From contig JBFWJC010000004.1 of the NCBI GenBank assembly GCA_050253415.1, positions 32,001 through 96,000 of the forward strand: a DNA stretch of 64,000 nt. The letters are read 5' to 3'. This document shows, piece by piece, positions 47,563-57,724 of this stretch. A program made the translations under genes and the position numbers. Positions within the stretch are counted from its first letter, which is position 1. Each line of letters begins with the position of its first letter. The notes beneath the pieces were generated by a model that worked only from the letters and a program-made list of their open reading frames with translations, was not told the DNA's origin and ran no database searches. This stretch comes from Pedobacter sp. Lineage in GTDB: Bacteria; Desulfobacterota; Desulfuromonadia; Desulfuromonadales; Syntrophotaleaceae.

Positions 47563-50500
47563 TACCATGTCATCCAATAAAGGGGATAAACCGTTTCGAT
47601 TTCATCGAGGGTAACATTGGGAAATGCACCGCCGGAACCGATAAGAATGGACGTGCTGCCATCTTTGCCAATAACGATTACCAGCCCCGAAGGGATACCC
47701 GTACCGACATCAAGAGAGCGGTCGGCTCGGCGTAAAATATCGGGGCTGTCTGCATCCCCGGAATTGGCTCGATCATTACTGGCGGAAGACTGACCTTCGC
47801 CGAATTGATCGGTGCCACTATCGGCATACCAATTGTAAATGGCCTCGCCTGTTCTGGCATTGACCGCATACAATCGCGAAACCCCAAGGTTCCCCCCGGA
47901 ACAAGGATCCGATGCGACACTACTGAGCGAATTAGGTGTATAAGTGGTAAAAAAGCAGACATTGGCAAAAACGGTCGGTGATGCGAGAATTTTTTCACCG
48001 TTATGGCCGGTCTCATTCATCTTAATGTACCACCCGTAGTAAACGGTCCTCGGTTCATTGTCGGCATCTGGCGTTTCATAATTGTACAGTTTGTCGATCA
48101 AAGCATCAGCTTCGGCAAGGGTCGTGTCATCACGCTGCAATTCGTTTGCAGTGACATCCACCAGGTTGGCTTCGGTAAGAACGGAAGGCGCATTTTCCAC
48201 ATCTTCGCGGTCGCGCACCATGTAAAACCGGTCGAGTACCGCGCCACCGCTGGTTCCAGGGTTCAGATAATTTAACGGATGTTCACGGTCGCCGCTGCCG
48301 AAGTATATAAAAGTATCGGGATAATTATAGGTAACCGTCGGTTTGTAAAACACCTTACGACCGACATCAGTGGATCCGGTATTGGCTTGAAAAATTCGTT
48401 TAACGGTCCAATTATTTACTGACGTGGTGTCACCTACCGAAAACCTCCACAGTTGACCACCCATATCAACCACATAAAACCGGTCGGCATAGCCATCCAT
48501 ATCCTGGTCGAACACAAGGACATCGGATGGAATGGAAAAAGTCATATCAGCCAGCACAGAACTACTTGCATTGTAGGTGGCACTCCATAACTTTGTTCCC
48601 GAATTAGAAAAATCAGGCGTATACCCGGATTCGGAGCTGTTCAAGGTCGCAATTTCCACAACGTAAAGACCGCGCCCCCTGGGTTCATATTGTGTCCCGC
48701 CGGAACTACTGGCACCGGTGCTGAAACCGTCCGTTGCCGAAGAAACATTGGTCGTTGCGTCCGTACCGGTAGGGAAGGTCTGCGTATTGCCGAACCGCAA
48801 ATCCTCGTTGTTATCATACCCGGCCCCGAATACCGCGACCACTTTCGGTACCCCGCCGATGTTCATTTTTGTAAGACGCGGCTGGCTCCAGGTTTCACCC
48901 ATTTCACCAAACCCGGTAGTTTCACTGTTAATATGCCAGAGATATTTCGGCTGCTCGGGGTTGCTGATATCGATGGCGTAATAAGAACCACGCGAACCGG
49001 TCACCAGGGTATTACTACCGCCGCCACGCCGAAGACCGAATAAAAGAATAACCTTATCTCCGGAGTCGGTGTCAATGGTTCCGTCCCCGTTGGCATCATG
49101 CATGTAAGCCAGAGGCGAATTGTCGACAAAATAGTAGTGACTGTTTACATCCCTCAGGTACTGAAGGCCAGTCAGAACATCCGGAGGGATAAAGGCCCAT
49201 GCCTCCTCACCGTTATAATCATAAACGGCATGCAGCATCCCGTCATTGGCGCCGAAAAACACCATGCTCTTGTTCTGACTCGCAATCGCTTCATTCGTTT
49301 CAGAAAATGTATAGCTGGCGTAATTGACGATAAGGGGTTTTGAATGAAGGATATCACCGAGAAGCCAATCGCGTTTCGCGGAGCCGTCTTCCAAATTCCC
49401 ACGCACAAAATTGATAACCTTGTTCTTCTCGGTATCATCATCCACGTCCAGCAAAGTGGCAGTCAACGACGCATTGGTAGTAGTAAAGGCATGGACGTCA
49501 TTATATAAATTATTAGTGACATTATCGGCAGCCAGATAGGTATAAATCTTCCTGGCGGAAACGCGGGATTTCAGCAAACCTCCAACGCCACCGGAATAAA
49601 CGAGACCACCATCGTAAGTACCGGAGGGGGTCCAAAAAGATCGGTTTTGAGGGGTCGGCGGGTCGGTGGTGTTATCGATAAGAAAGTAGCCATCGGAATC
49701 GGTTGCTGCCACCAAATCCCCTGATGAATTGTACGCAACGATTTCATTATCGGTGCTCAGTCCGAATTTTTTCAGATTTCCGTACCAGGGCTCCTCATTC
49801 ATGGGTTTAAAAAACCCGAGATAAATCCTCTGCCCGCTATAGGTACGGTTTTCCGGGCTGGCGGGGACAACCGGGGCAACAAAAGAGGTGTCCTCCTCGA
49901 GGATCTTGACAATGATATCTCCTATCGCGTCAAAAATATCCTCGGGATTGCTGACCTGGACGTACTCCCCGTGACCGTTGGTGGCCGCATCTTCAAGCTG
50001 CTGTATCTTCGGCGACATCAACTGAATGATATGCGTCTGAACCCTGGCCTGTTGGCCGTCGATCTCATAATCGAGATTATCGTAAAGATAGGATGCCGCT
50101 TCGGGTGCATAGTAATCGTCGCCATTGTCCATTGCCGCGATGGGATTGCTCGTACCGAGATTATCCTTGGTTGCACCGGTGGCCAACACAATAATGTGCG
50201 TATTTTGACACCAGTATTCGATGGGTGAATCGCTATAGGCGGCGTTGTCATTGCTGGTGCTGTTGGCATGGCTGGCGCCGGTGGGGTCGCCGACAAAGTA
50301 GAGCCAGGCATCCCACAGGGCACTGCCCAGGGGTTGGGCATTGGCGGTCTGAGTGATCGGCAGGATGTCATCCGTCATGGCAGTCGTCAGGGTAGACTCG
50401 CTATTGTTTGCCACCGGCACGACGATGGCGCCCCCCTGATTGTTGCTGTTGTATTCCATAAGACCGATATTCACCTTATCGGCCAACTGGGGGAAAATCG

Positions 50501-51182
50501 TATTGTTAAAAGTCATCTCCAGGAGCTTTATCAGCGATTCCTGCGGCTCCCAGGTAATCGTGCCGTCCGCATAGGTGGATGCTTCATCTCCACCGAAGGG
50601 ATCATCCGCACCGGAGGTCCCCGCAACGATACATTTATAAAGTTGCCCGGTGGAACTGGATCCTGTCTGATAGACGAGATCTCCGACAGCATAATCGCTG
50701 GTGGAAGCCCATTCGGAAGAGGCGCTTATGGAAGCCTTCCAGTTCAGGTAGTCGCCCGTATAATAGGCAAGGGTTTTATTGGTGCACTCTGTACCATCGT
50801 TAGCGATACAGCCGATAAAACTGCCGTTGCCGTAGAGGGCATCGTAGGCGTCGGTGTAACCCGCAGAAACCTCTGTCATATCGGTATTCGAGACGACCTG
50901 GTACGTATCATTATTTTTGTAATAGATGGCATCCGTCGTATAAGAACCGGACCAATCGCCCGTAGTTTTACGTGCATAGGTCCCTGACGAACCCATCTGG
51001 CCCATCTCCTTGGAGGTATCGATAAAAAACAGGATATTGTGCTTAACCCCGCTTAAATCGGCCGTCGATCGTCCACCCACATAGATCGCGCTGTCACCGT
51101 AATAATAGTCGGGCTTCGCGGACACAGCCTGTGCCGAAAGAAGCAGTGACAAGCTTATTAGCAATACTCGTATATTATTCAT
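47562..51182 (-). CDS. pilY1: PilY1-type tip adhesin with vWA-like N-terminal domain (cassette 1)
   Basis: ATG at 51182; signal peptide; HNILFFIDTS...IGLMEY...CQNTHIIVLATG (vWA-like); LGDILHSKP, GANDGMLHA, EAWAFIPP, GETWSQP, FGAGYD and DQDMDGYAD. Confidence 0.9.
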   Translation of the reverse strand: MNNIRVLLISLSLLLSAQAVSAKPDYYYGDSAIYVGGRSTADLSGVKHNILFFIDTSKEMGQMGSSGTYARKTTGDWSGSYTTDAIYYKNNDTYQVVSNTDMTEVSAGYTDAYDALYGNGSFIGCIANDGTECTNKTLAYYTGDYLNWKASISASSEWASTSDYAVGDLVYQTGSSSTGQLYKCIVAGTSGADDPFGGDEASTYADGTITWEPQESLIKLLEMTFNNTIFPQLADKVNIGLMEYNSNNQGGAIVVPVANNSESTLTTAMTDDILPITQTANAQPLGSALWDAWLYFVGDPTGASHANSTSNDNAAYSDSPIEYWCQNTHIIVLATGATKDNLGTSNPIAAMDNGDDYYAPEAASYLYDNLDYEIDGQQARVQTHIIQLMSPKIQQLEDAATNGHGEYVQVSNPEDIFDAIGDIIVKILEEDTSFVAPVVPASPENRTYSGQRIYLGFFKPMNEEPWYGNLKKFGLSTDNEIVAYNSSGDLVAATDSDGYFLIDNTTDPPTPQNRSFWTPSGTYDGGLVYSGGVGGLLKSRVSARKIYTYLAADNVTNNLYNDVHAFTTTNASLTATLLDVDDDTEKNKVINFVRGNLEDGSAKRDWLLGDILHSKPLIVNYASYTFSETNEAIASQNKSMVFFGANDGMLHAVYDYNGEEAWAFIPPDVLTGLQYLRDVNSHYYFVDNSPLAYMHDANGDGTIDTDSGDKVILLFGLRRGGGSNTLVTGSRGSYYAIDISNPEQPKYLWHINSETTGFGEMGETWSQPRLTKMNIGGVPKVVAVFGAGYDNNEDLRFGNTQTFPTGTDATTNVSSATDGFSTGASSSGGTQYEPRGRGLYVVEIATLNSSESGYTPDFSNSGTKLWSATYNASSSVLADMTFSIPSDVLVFDQDMDGYADRFYVVDMGGQLWRFSVGDTTSVNNWTVKRIFQANTGSTDVGRKVFYKPTVTYNYPDTFIYFGSGDREHPLNYLNPGTSGGAVLDRFYMVRDREDVENAPSVLTEANLVDVTANELQRDDTTLAEADALIDKLYNYETPDADNEPRTVYYGWYIKMNETGHNGEKILASPTVFANVCFFTTYTPNSLSSVASDPCSGGNLGVSRLYAVNARTGEAIYNWYADSGTDQFGEGQSSASNDRANSGDADSPDILRRADRSLDVGTGIPSGLVIVIGKDGSTSILIGSGGAFPNVTLDEIETVYPLYWMTW

Positions 51183-51183
51183 T

Positions 51184-51765
51184 TCAGCCCCCCGAGGTGG
51201 TGACATAAATAGAATCATCACTTTTCTTAAAAATACGTACTTTGGAAGTTTCGATCCTGGCGCGCGAATCGTTCCTGGCCTGAGCCTCGACATTGATGCG
51301 ATAAAAATTACCGGCAAATTCATCGCCGAATTTACTGCGCAAAGTCGAGGGCAGATCGCCGGCGCCCAGATTGTTAACCACGTTTATGTCTTCATCATCG
51401 GACTTTACCAACTCCGTACCGGTTGAAGTATCCTGAAGGTCGGCAAAACGGTCGGCAACGGTGGTGCCGGCCACGGTTTCATCGCTATCAGTGACAAAAC
51501 TGTCGCTGTCTTCCTGAAGCAGCGCCAGATGGGTATCGTCGGTCTCATAAAGAATATCGGGATTCGCCGCATACTCCACGGCCCGCTCGGCGGCTCCGAA
51601 AGCATCGGCTGCTGAGCGATAATTGCTCGTGATGGCCAGATCGGTATTTGTCAAATTGAGAACCAGAATTCCCAAAACCGACAGGACAAGCAACATCGAC
51701 ATGGTCAAAACCAGCGCAAAACCAGCCTCCGCCCGACTTCTTTCAGTCCTCGAAAAATCGCTCAT
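51184..51765 (-). CDS. pilX: Minor pilin PilX (cassette 1)
   Basis: AG|FALVLTMSMLLVLSVLG with no Glu5, and AFGAAERAVEYA. Confidence 0.85.
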   Translation of the reverse strand: MSDFSRTERSRAEAGFALVLTMSMLLVLSVLGILVLNLTNTDLAITSNYRSAADAFGAAERAVEYAANPDILYETDDTHLALLQEDSDSFVTDSDETVAGTTVADRFADLQDTSTGTELVKSDDEDINVVNNLGAGDLPSTLRSKFGDEFAGNFYRINVEAQARNDSRARIETSKVRIFKKSDDSIYVTTSGG

Positions 51766-52682
51766 AAGACTACCCCGTTATGTATCTTAACCGTGGTGGA
51801 CAAAGTACGTGTCTTGACCCCAGAATAGTTATCCTGTCCCGTTTGGGTAGCATCCGTTTGCCCCGTTATGGTGATCTGAACAGCAACGATGTCGCTCAAA
51901 GTGGATGTCGCATTACCGTCATCATCGAGATAAGTTAGAGCAATCCCGGAAATATTGGACGCGATGAGCTGAAAAGCTTCGATAACAGTACCGTCAACAT
52001 CCAGAACCCGTCTTTTCAGATCGTTCATATTCGGATCGCCCGATGCACTGTCAACCAGTTGGTAATCGATCTGAAGCGGGAAATCGTCATCTGTCGTACC
52101 AGTGGGTAAAAGTACCAGCAGATCACCCTCCTCGATAGTACCGGCCGAAGAAGCTCCCCCCGATAAAGTCACCTGATTACCTGAGACACTGGCAACCGAA
52201 AGAACCGAGGTTACGCTGCTCAGACTGGTCGCCCTGAAAACCCGCACCGTGTCGCCTGCGGCAAACTGTTGCATCGAGCTTAACGCCAAGTCGATAGCGA
52301 GATTGGTTCCGGCGGCAGAGGCACTCTCAATGCGCCCATAACTCCGCATGGAGGTTACACTGACAAGAGACAGATGGGGGCGTTCATCCGTGTCATCAAA
52401 ATCGCCGTCACCGTTGCTATCGACCAGCATCTGAGCAGGTGCGTTGACCAATGCCGTCTGGTCGGAAGGGGTGAGGAATTCGGCCATTCGGATATCCTTG
52501 ACCAGAAAGTCCAGCCCGGCCCGCAGGTTTTGCTGAACTTCCACCACCTCTTCCTGCGTATAGGCATGTTTTTGGGTATTGATGAAGGTGCTATACACGG
52601 CACCGACAACCACCCCCATTATGACCATGGCGACCATAATTTCGACCAGCGAAAAACCCTGGTGATTTTTCCAGAATGTCAT
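51762..52682 (-). CDS. pilW: Minor pilin PilW (cassette 1)
   Basis: QG|FSLVEIMVAM, QQNLRAG...DIRMA and IASNI motifs. Confidence 0.88.
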   Translation of the reverse strand: MTFWKNHQGFSLVEIMVAMVIMGVVVGAVYSTFINTQKHAYTQEEVVEVQQNLRAGLDFLVKDIRMAEFLTPSDQTALVNAPAQMLVDSNGDGDFDDTDERPHLSLVSVTSMRSYGRIESASAAGTNLAIDLALSSMQQFAAGDTVRVFRATSLSSVTSVLSVASVSGNQVTLSGGASSAGTIEEGDLLVLLPTGTTDDDFPLQIDYQLVDSASGDPNMNDLKRRVLDVDGTVIEAFQLIASNISGIALTYLDDDGNATSTLSDIVAVQITITGQTDATQTGQDNYSGVKTRTLSTTVKIHNGVVL

Positions 52683-52690
52683 GATGCCTC

Positions 52691-53083
52691 CTAACGGTTT
52701 CTTTTCATCGTCGTTTGGGAAACCGAGCGACCGCCGAAGGCGTCATCAGTCACGGTAACCGTGATCTGGGAGATCCCATTGACCGGCGTATTTACAGCAA
52801 CGGCATAGGTGGCGGAAAACCCCTCAATGGCAAGGGTTTCCGGCCAGGCGACTGCCGGACTTACCGCCGTGTCGAAAATGGGGTCTCCGGCATCACGAGC
52901 CATAAGGTTTTGAACGATACCATCGGCCAACCCCACAGCTGCCGTCACACGCTGTGATGTTGCACCGCCGGTTATAGCGGTAATCTGCATGCCGGCAAGA
53001 GCCAGGAGCCCTATGGCAAAAATGGTGACAGCCACCAGAACTTCGATAAGCGTGAATCCTTCATTCGAACATTTAATATTCAT
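52691..53083 (-). CDS. pilV: Minor pilin PilV (cassette 1)
   Basis: EG|FTLIEVLVAVTIFAIGLLALAGMQ. Confidence 0.88.
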   Translation of the reverse strand: MNIKCSNEGFTLIEVLVAVTIFAIGLLALAGMQITAITGGATSQRVTAAVGLADGIVQNLMARDAGDPIFDTAVSPAVAWPETLAIEGFSATYAVAVNTPVNGISQITVTVTDDAFGGRSVSQTTMKRNR

Positions 53084-53131
53084 GATTAATCCAATCTTAT
53101 AAAGTCTACTTATTTACTCGATATCTATCAA

Positions 53132-53147
53132 AGCAAAATACGAACCA
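53132..53147 (-). promoter_or_regulatory. Sigma54 promoter of minor-pilin cassette 1
   Basis: Minus strand TGGTTCGTATTTTGCT (GG-N10-GC) about 50 nt upstream of the pilV start. Confidence 0.6.
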
Positions 53148-53284
53148 AAATGACATAATCGGTAATATTCCGGAAATGTTGGATATATCGTATATTAACT
53201 AACTCTATCCGCAACTCTTGTGCAAAGTATTCAATGCATGAACGCAATTTTTGCACAGCTGGACCGTAGAATGTCAGTATTTGA

Positions 53285-53324
53285 AATACAAAAGGCGAAG
53301 CCTTTCGGCTTCGCCTTTTGTATT
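53285..53324 (-). terminator. Intrinsic (possibly bidirectional) terminator after the response regulator
   Basis: 18-bp perfect inverted repeat AATACAAAAGGCGAAGCC / GGCTTCGCCTTTTGTATT with a GAAA loop on the minus strand. Confidence 0.85.
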
Positions 53325-53459
53325 GAACCAGCAGTTTATTCATTTTTTTTGTTAAATAATATCTTATTAAAAATATAGGCTACTCATATACTGATATCTT
53401 AGAGAGTTACAGAAAAATACATCCCAAAAAAAGGTGCGCCATAACCTGACATCCAGCTA

Positions 53460-54818
53460 TTACGATTCGATTCGATACTCTTTAATCTTATATAAAAGCT
53501 TTCGCAGACTGATTTCCAGCAGTTTTGCGGCCTGGGTCCGGTTCCCTTCCGTAACAGCCAGAGCTTTACTGATATATTCCTTTTCCAGGCGAAAAGATGC
53601 TTTTTTCAGAGACAAGTCTTTAATCACATTGCGATTTTCACGACGCATATCCCCAGGCAAACCATCGATTTCCAGGACGTTTCCACGACTGAATATCATT
53701 GCCCTTTCGATGAAATTAGCCAACTCACGGACATTGCCTGGCCAGGAGTACTGATTCAGAGCTTCCATCACCGCAGGACTTATACTTGGAGCCACGCGAC
53801 CTTCACGCACAGCAACACCATGTACGAAATGATCGGCAAGCACGGAAATATCCTCACTGCGTTCCCTCAGTGGCGGGATATGCACCTCCACCACCGCCAG
53901 ACGAAAGAACAGATCGTCGCGAAAGTTACCCTGCACCACGGCCCCACGCAGATCTCGGGCAGTGGCCGCCAGTATCCTTACATTGACTTTGCGAGGGAGG
54001 TTCTCCCCCACTCGGCGCACTTCACCTTCCTGAAGCACCCGCAACAGTTTCGGCTGCAAATCCAGAGGCAACTCACCTATCTCATCCAGGAACAAGGTAC
54101 CCCCATCTGCCTCTTCGAATAATCCGGGTTTCTGCTGCATCGCACCGGTAAAAGCCCCACGCGAGTGACCAAAAAGTTCACTTTCAATCAATCCCGACGC
54201 AATGGCGCCACAGTTAATTGCCACAAAGGGTCGCTTTTGTCTCGCGCTTTGACTGTGTAGTGCACGGGCCACCAACTCTTTCCCCGTACCGGTTTCGCCT
54301 GTGATCAGCACCGGACTATGAGATGCGGCGACCCGGGAGACCAGGGTCAACAAACTCTCCATGACCCCGCTCTGATAAACAATCTGATGGTTGTTATTCT
54401 TATGCGAAAGTTTTTTACGCAACAGAGTGTTTTCCTGCTGCAGAAACATTTTTTCCTGAGCTTTGCGAAGCGTGAGGATAACCTCATCGGGCTTGAATGG
54501 CTTCGAGATATAATCATAAGCGCCTACTTTGAGACATTCTACGGCCGTATCGATGGTTCCGTAAGCGCTCATCATGATCACGATACCATCGAGATTGTTC
54601 GCTTTTACCTCCTGAAGGAAGGTCAATCCGTCCATCTCCGGCATGCGTATATCACACAGAATGATATCGAAGTTCGTCCGTTGCAAACACTCCAGGGCTT
54701 CACCACCGTTTTTAGCCTCGGTGACCCGATAATCACCCCTCTCCAGCACGAGACGAAGCATATGCCGCATACCCGCTTCATCATCGACAACCAGAACGTT
54801 TCCGCCATCAACCCGCAT
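53460..54818 (-). CDS. Sigma54-dependent (NtrC/AtoC-family) response regulator
   Basis: Receiver (VVDDE, CDIRMP), [23 protein letters not shown] and a Fis HTH. Confidence 0.92.
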   Translation of the reverse strand: MRVDGGNVLVVDDEAGMRHMLRLVLERGDYRVTEAKNGGEALECLQRTNFDIILCDIRMPEMDGLTFLQEVKANNLDGIVIMMSAYGTIDTAVECLKVGAYDYISKPFKPDEVILTLRKAQEKMFLQQENTLLRKKLSHKNNNHQIVYQSGVMESLLTLVSRVAASHSPVLITGETGTGKELVARALHSQSARQKRPFVAINCGAIASGLIESELFGHSRGAFTGAMQQKPGLFEEADGGTLFLDEIGELPLDLQPKLLRVLQEGEVRRVGENLPRKVNVRILAATARDLRGAVVQGNFRDDLFFRLAVVEVHIPPLRERSEDISVLADHFVHGVAVREGRVAPSISPAVMEALNQYSWPGNVRELANFIERAMIFSRGNVLEIDGLPGDMRRENRNVIKDLSLKKASFRLEKEYISKALAVTEGNRTQAAKLLEISLRKLLYKIKEYRIES

Positions 54819-56355
54819 CGTCGTTTAGCTCCCTTTTCAGGACCACTTTAAAAACGCTTCCGACTTCGACCTCGCTTTGCACCTCAATAGCCCCACCCAC
54901 TTCATCCACAACCCGATGGCACACCGCCAAACCGAGCCCCCGCCCCTTGCCCGGTGCCTTGGTGGTATAGAAAGGGTCAAAGATATACCGAAGATTCGTT
55001 TCGGCAATACCTTGACCTTCATCGGCAATGGCCAACCAGACACTCGTATCGTTTGCGCCACCGGACACACGGATCTTCGCCATGGACGGCGAGGCATCCC
55101 GCGCATTGACAAAAAGGTTGACACAGACCTGCATCAGTCGGTGAGGCACCATCCGCACATACGGCAACTGTGCGGGCAAATCGTCTACCAACGTTACAGA
55201 ATCAAACACACCCTGACGGTCGAGCATGGTCATGGCTTGCCTCGCTATCTGCACCGGATCGAGATCTTCCTCCTTATCGGTGACCGGCTTGGCATAATCC
55301 AGCACATCGCGAACCAATTGATCGATACGTTCCAGTTCTGTATCGGCGTGACCGACAATATCCCGATGAGGTCCCTCCGGCAACTCCGATTTAAGCAACC
55401 CCAGATAACCTACCACGGCAGCCAGGGGGTTACCGATTTCGTGTGCCATGCCTGCTGCCAGGTGACCGATCGATGCCATTTTTTCCGAGCGCAGCAATTC
55501 ACCTCGGGTTTCTTCCAGCTCCTGGTTAGCCTGTTGCAACGATCGAATATGTTGATCCGTACGCTGCCGACTGTTTCGTAAAGCATCGACCATGAGATTA
55601 AAAGAAGTCGCCAGAGATGAGATTTCCACAGGCCCCGCTTCGCTTACCTTTTCATCAAGATTGCCATCTGCCACCTGTCGGGTGGAACCCATCAGGCTGC
55701 GGATAGGCCGCAACACATTGCGATTCAACTGGTAAAGCCCAAACAGAAACAGAACCGTTCCATACAGAAATACGTATACAACAAGGATTTTAAAGGACGT
55801 GCGTACGCGATGCCCGACACCATCAAGGGGAAACCGCATCTGCAGCACACCGATATAACCACCTTTGCTATATAACGGCATCGTTACTTTATAATATGAT
55901 GAGGAAGCACGCCCCGGAGACAACCAGGCATTGGAATAGGACAGTACGAATTGCGGTTCGGGGAGGTAACGCACTGACGTAAGTTGTTGTCTGGAATCAA
56001 GAGCAGATTTTTCCGGGCCATACAGGTGAACTGGCGTAAGGGTATTTGCCGACCATTTCCAGACACCGGTAGTGGTCATCCCGGATGAGAGAGGTTGCAA
56101 CAAACGAGCTATGCGCGGTTGCAGCAAGTCGAGTTCTGGTTCCGCGCCAAGCATATCTCCTAACGCACTACCAACGACCTCTGCTGCGGAGGACAGGCTT
56201 GTGACGCGTTGATCCACGAGTTCCCGTTCGGTCAGTTTGAGGATAAGGAACCCGCCAAACAGAAGTGCCGCACCCAACAGAAGGGTCATATGGAGAATAA
56301 TCTCGGTGCGTAAGCCGTACTTGTTGGCCACCCTATTCCTCCCTGATATCGACAT
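54808..56355 (-). CDS. HAMP-domain sensor histidine kinase
   Basis: Two TM helices around a periplasmic domain, HAMP, MAHEIGNPL, NLFVNA and GRGLGL; overlaps the regulator gene. Confidence 0.92.
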   Translation of the reverse strand: MSISGRNRVANKYGLRTEIILHMTLLLGAALLFGGFLILKLTERELVDQRVTSLSSAAEVVGSALGDMLGAEPELDLLQPRIARLLQPLSSGMTTTGVWKWSANTLTPVHLYGPEKSALDSRQQLTSVRYLPEPQFVLSYSNAWLSPGRASSSYYKVTMPLYSKGGYIGVLQMRFPLDGVGHRVRTSFKILVVYVFLYGTVLFLFGLYQLNRNVLRPIRSLMGSTRQVADGNLDEKVSEAGPVEISSLATSFNLMVDALRNSRQRTDQHIRSLQQANQELEETRGELLRSEKMASIGHLAAGMAHEIGNPLAAVVGYLGLLKSELPEGPHRDIVGHADTELERIDQLVRDVLDYAKPVTDKEEDLDPVQIARQAMTMLDRQGVFDSVTLVDDLPAQLPYVRMVPHRLMQVCVNLFVNARDASPSMAKIRVSGGANDTSVWLAIADEGQGIAETNLRYIFDPFYTTKAPGKGRGLGLAVCHRVVDEVGGAIEVQSEVEVGSVFKVVLKRELNDDAG

Positions 56356-56528
56356 AAAAACAACTCAATGAACACTGACCTACAAAATCAAAATACCACA
56401 GGTGCAAAATAGCGACAACGTAAAGAATTTCCCGCCAATCCTTAGCAGTTGATAGGCAACCATCCCCCGAGCTGCTATGGTATCGGGGGCACAGTCATCA
56501 CTATTTCTTGCAAGAATCGAGTCCATAA

Positions 56529-57713
56529 ATGACCCGACCAAACGCCATAAAGGGTAATGTTTTCAAACTCTACGTATTTTCTTTCCTGAAGATGACCCTG
56601 TTCCCTATGGCGATCATCACGCTGTTCTGGAAGGACCATATTGGTCTGAGCCTGACGGACATTCTGGTGTTGCAGGGATTGTTTTCCCTCGCCAGCGTTC
56701 TGATGGAATACCCTTCGGGTTATCTCAGTGACCGGCTAGGCTATAGGGCTGCCCTGATCATGGCATCCTTGTTCGGGATTATCGGCTGGGTATTTTACCT
56801 GTTTGCGGATTCGTTTACGAGCGTATTAGTGGCAGAGCTGCTGCTCGGTGTCTGCTATGCCTTTATCAGCGGCTCCGACAGCGCGCTGTTGTTTGAAACA
56901 CTGCAGACCGAACAGCGCGAAGAAAACTATGCACGTTTTGATGGGCGCATGACCAGCTGGGGGCAGACCGGAGAAGCTGCCGGAGCTTTGTTCGCCGGTG
57001 CCATGTATGCCGCCTCGCCGCTTTTGCCCTTCGCCGTGCAGATCGTGGTCTGGGTGCTGGCCCTGGGTATCTGTATGACCATGCGGGAACCACCCTCTGA
57101 CCACCCCCCCGCAATCCAGTCTCATCTGGCCGAAGCGCTGGGGGTATGTCGCTATGCCTGGCGCGACAATCCGGCCATACGCAACACCATCATCTTCGGC
57201 ACCCTGCTCGGGCTGGCCTCGTTTTATACCGTGTGGATGATTCAGCCTTTCATGCAACAGTGCCAGGTTCCGCTGGTCTGGTTCGGTCCGATATGGGCCG
57301 GCGCGAATCTGACCATCGCGGCCTGTTCGCTGCTCAGCCATCGACTGCAGGCCAGCCTCGGCCTGCGCGGCATGACGATACTGTTTATCAGCCTGATCGT
57401 GGTCGCGTACAGCGGTCTGGGTCTGACGGCAGGTGTGGGCAGTTTTGCGTTTTATTACCTGCTGACGGCCATGCGCGGCTTGCAGGGCCCCATAATGCGT
57501 CACAGACTGCAGCAAGCCAGTGCCCGACGCAACCGCGCCAGTATCCTGTCCCTGCACAGTCTGTCTTTTCGCGTCGGATTCATCGCCAGTGGTCCCTTGA
57601 TCGGCATGGTGGCCGACAAATGGGGGCTGGGCAGCGCCTTTTTACTGTTGGCAGCCGCGTTTGCCGTGCTGTTGCCAATTGCAGCGCGACGGTTTCTGGC
57701 CCGGGCTGTATAA
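56529..57713 (+). CDS. MFS transporter
   Basis: About 12 hydrophobic segments; EYPSGYLSDRLGYR (motif A), SGSDSALLFE and RASILS. Confidence 0.88.
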   Translation: MTRPNAIKGNVFKLYVFSFLKMTLFPMAIITLFWKDHIGLSLTDILVLQGLFSLASVLMEYPSGYLSDRLGYRAALIMASLFGIIGWVFYLFADSFTSVLVAELLLGVCYAFISGSDSALLFETLQTEQREENYARFDGRMTSWGQTGEAAGALFAGAMYAASPLLPFAVQIVVWVLALGICMTMREPPSDHPPAIQSHLAEALGVCRYAWRDNPAIRNTIIFGTLLGLASFYTVWMIQPFMQQCQVPLVWFGPIWAGANLTIAACSLLSHRLQASLGLRGMTILFISLIVVAYSGLGLTAGVGSFAFYYLLTAMRGLQGPIMRHRLQQASARRNRASILSLHSLSFRVGFIASGPLIGMVADKWGLGSAFLLLAAAFAVLLPIAARRFLARAV

Positions 57714-57724
57714 ACTCCCAGCTT

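Noticed and set aside
56464..56489. CCCCCGA...TCGGGGG inverted repeat between divergent genes
   Set aside because: Only a 7-bp stem with no T tail or recurrence; function cannot be supported.
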